Source: Candidatus Ratteibacteria bacterium
GTDB taxonomy: Bacteria; Ratteibacteria; UBA8468; B48-G9; DTJG01
Assembly: GCA_049971295.1 (NCBI GenBank)
Contig: JBMFLH010000003.1
Span: 4,362 to 60,481, forward strand
Reading direction: 5' to 3'
DNA: 56,120 bases
The translations under genes were made by a program, and so were the position numbers. The notes beneath the pieces were generated by a model. The model worked only from the letters and a program-made list of their open reading frames with translations. It ran no database searches and had not been told where the DNA came from. Positions within the stretch are counted from its first letter, which is position 1, and every line of letters starts with the position of its first letter. Of the stretch, positions 54,382 through 56,120 are shown one piece after another.

Positions 54382-55431
54382 TTAGCCCATCATTACTTCA
54401 AAATTTCTATCATTGCCCTGAATTGGAAGGTAAATCCATTTCCCACCAGAACCGTGTGAAACATGAAACCCTATTATCACTTCAAGAGCAATGAGACCAT
54501 CTTTCCCTGTACAGGCAGGACTTCCTGCTTCAACAAGACAACTGACAATATCTTCCATCGCATAATCAAGGGACGTCTTATCCCCAGTTTCAGGAACAAT
54601 TTCCTTTGAACCATCCTGCCAAAAATTTATCTTTGCACATCTGTTCTGAATAACAATTTCTCCTCTGTCTCCTGTTACTCTGACAACAAGTGGAAACAAT
54701 CCTGCCTGTGGTGCATCAATAAATGCCCTCATCCCGGATGAAAATAAAATAATTCCCCAGCCACCAAAGTCCTTATACTGAGGTCCCCTGCAATCAGGGT
54801 ATAAAACTGGGTCCAAACTTCCACTGACTGCAAGAGGTTCCTGCCCTGTTATCATTCTCAATATATCAAACATATGCGTTCCTATGTTCCCCAACCTACC
54901 TGTGGGCCAGTGAACGAAAGCGTTCTGAACTTTCCCGATAGTATCCGATTGAACTATCTCACCACACTTACTCCAGAATTTATTCCATCTCCTGGTGTGA
55001 TTGATCGCAAGTATCGTGCCATATTTATCACAGGTTTCAATCATTCTATCAGCGTCAGAAAGTTTTGTGGCTATGGGCTTTTCGCAAAAAATCGCCCTGA
55101 CACCGGATTGAGCACAGCCAATTGTGATTTCCGCATGAGATGGCGTATGTGTTGCAATACTCACGATATCTGGCTTTTCAACTTCAATCATTTCACGCCA
55201 GTCAGAATAAACCTTTGTGTCTGGAAACTTCTGTTTGAATCTGGCTCTTCTGCCTTCATCCCTGCTTGCGCCAGCAACAAGTTTGATATGCGAATTGCTT
55301 GCCATTGCCTGTGCATGTGTTCCATCAAGGTTTCTCACATCCTGCCCGATTGCCCTTCCTGAAACTTCATCACCAGCACCAATGAAACCAAGTCCGATCA
55401 CAGCACCCTTAAAAATTGGCTTATTTATCAT
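54382..55431 (-). CDS. Gfo/Idh/MocA family NAD(P)-dependent oxidoreductase
   Basis: N-terminal GAVIGLGFIGAG Rossmann motif and the IFCEKP consensus block. Confidence 0.85.
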   Translation of the reverse strand: MINKPIFKGAVIGLGFIGAGDEVSGRAIGQDVRNLDGTHAQAMASNSHIKLVAGASRDEGRRARFKQKFPDTKVYSDWREMIEVEKPDIVSIATHTPSHAEITIGCAQSGVRAIFCEKPIATKLSDADRMIETCDKYGTILAINHTRRWNKFWSKCGEIVQSDTIGKVQNAFVHWPTGRLGNIGTHMFDILRMITGQEPLAVSGSLDPVLYPDCRGPQYKDFGGWGIILFSSGMRAFIDAPQAGLFPLVVRVTGDRGEIVIQNRCAKINFWQDGSKEIVPETGDKTSLDYAMEDIVSCLVEAGSPACTGKDGLIALEVIIGFHVSHGSGGKWIYLPIQGNDRNFEVMMG

Positions 55432-55869
55432 CTTTTTTTGGCTCAGAAATCTGAATTACTGCGATATTCTGCCGCGAACCTGCTGAAATGGGGTTCACTT
55501 TTCCCTGTATTTCCTGAATAACATTGGCCTGACCAAAATCATTCCTGCCCCATGCGTATACCTTCCTGTCCTTTATTAACGCCAGACTATGAAAACCTCC
55601 TGCTGACACTGATATAACATTCCCCTGTATCTCTAAAGGTACCCTGCACTGACCATATTCATTGTATCCGTTCGCATACCCCTTCCTTCTTTTGTTACTA
55701 ATAAACTGTGGTAACCACCCGCTGATATGCTTTTAAACTCTGTTCCTTCTGGAATATAAGGATACGTCTGATATCCCCATCCAACAATCATTTCCTGAGC
55801 ATGAACCTCAGCAACTGCAAACAATACAGTTGTCAGCATTACACCAATCACATACAAAACCTTTTTCAT
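55421..55869 (-). pseudogene. short secreted RCC1-repeat protein gene, frameshifted and probably truncated
   Basis: ATG 55869 (AGGAG upstream) gives signal peptide MKKVLYVIGVMLTTVLFAVAEVHA, then SISAGGYHSLLVTKEGR. A frame change at the C4 run 55679-55682 (+ strand) leads to YANGYNEYGQCRVP...VSAGGFHSLALIKDRKVYAWGRNDFGQ...ISAGS. Only about three of the usual seven RCC1 blades are present. Confidence 0.55.
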
Positions 55870-55885
55870 TTTCTGTCTCCTCATA

Positions 55886-56077
55886 TTTCACTGTGCGCCA
55901 CAACTGTTCCACAAAGATACTATCAAATACTCGTCCCCGCCCATCCATGCTGATGCGTATCCCGGACGATTCCAGCCGGACAGTGAAATCAGTGCTGGTA
56001 AATGCCGTTTCTTGGTCGGAATGGAGGATACCCGGTTTGTTCATGGCCAATCCTTGATCTAAAGCCGCAAAACACAA
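55886..56077 (-). mobile_element. fragment of an IS3-family transposase (rve/DDE integrase core), truncated
   Basis: KPGILHSDQETAFTSTDFTVRLESSGIRISMDGRGRVFDSIFVEQLWRTVKYEE matches the HSDxGxxFTS...SMxxxGxxxDNxxxExxWxxxKxE block of IS3 OrfB. A TGA lies 2 codons upstream of the ORF start. The 3' part is replaced by the RCC1 gene start. The segment is visibly more GC-rich than its surroundings. Confidence 0.7.
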
Positions 56078-56120
56078 ATATCAGTCCATTAAAACAAATT
56101 TCACTCTTCTTGCAATAGGC

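Noticed and set aside
1-56120. CRISPR arrays, tRNA, rRNA and other structured RNA genes
   Set aside because: Coding sequence or recognisable relics cover nearly the whole window. None of the intergenic stretches I read contains regularly spaced direct repeats or a cloverleaf-like arrangement: 764-807, 11598-11738, 13845-14015, 26976-27199, 29242-29537, 47278-47401, 48481-48702, 52497-52598 and 54201-54381. I cannot exclude small RNAs without a covariance-model scan.

Overview
AT-rich bacterial window (standard genetic code, strong AGGAGG-type ribosome-binding sites, many ATGA start/stop overlaps). It is dominated by three tightly packed operons of large, mostly secreted glycan-degrading proteins. 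Recognisable families are GH20 hexosaminidase, GH42-like TIM barrels, DUF4838-like proteins, beta-propeller GH-like proteins, six-hairpin proteins and a sialate O-acetylesterase-like SGNH protein. Small sugar-oxidation-type enzymes sit among them: an aldo/keto reductase, Gfo/Idh/MocA, an amidohydrolase and a Dabb protein.

Housekeeping genes are interspersed: purF, His-type Thi4 thiazole synthase, class II ribonucleotide reductase, enolase, an FMN glutamate-synthase-domain protein and a UDP-N-acetyl-sugar dehydrogenase. A HEPN-MNT pair lies at the left edge. A GC-rich IS3 transposase fragment and a truncated RCC1-repeat gene lie at the right edge.

I found no rRNA, tRNA, CRISPR array, transporter or classical DNA-binding regulator. 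The most unusual points are:
- Eight broken genes lie among intact ORFs of up to 4.6 kb.
- Three paralog families (GH42-like, DUF4838-like, beta-propeller) have expanded, including a 1535-aa fusion protein with an internal duplication.
- The MNT gene is split exactly at an A7 slippery run next to an intact HEPN gene.
- A DeoR sensor domain without an HTH sits next to a small zinc-ribbon ORF.
- A glmS 5' relic carries stop codons at conserved residues.

I did not find a clearly novel self-contained system. All family calls rest on motif recognition by eye, with no database search, and should be read as hypotheses of graded confidence.
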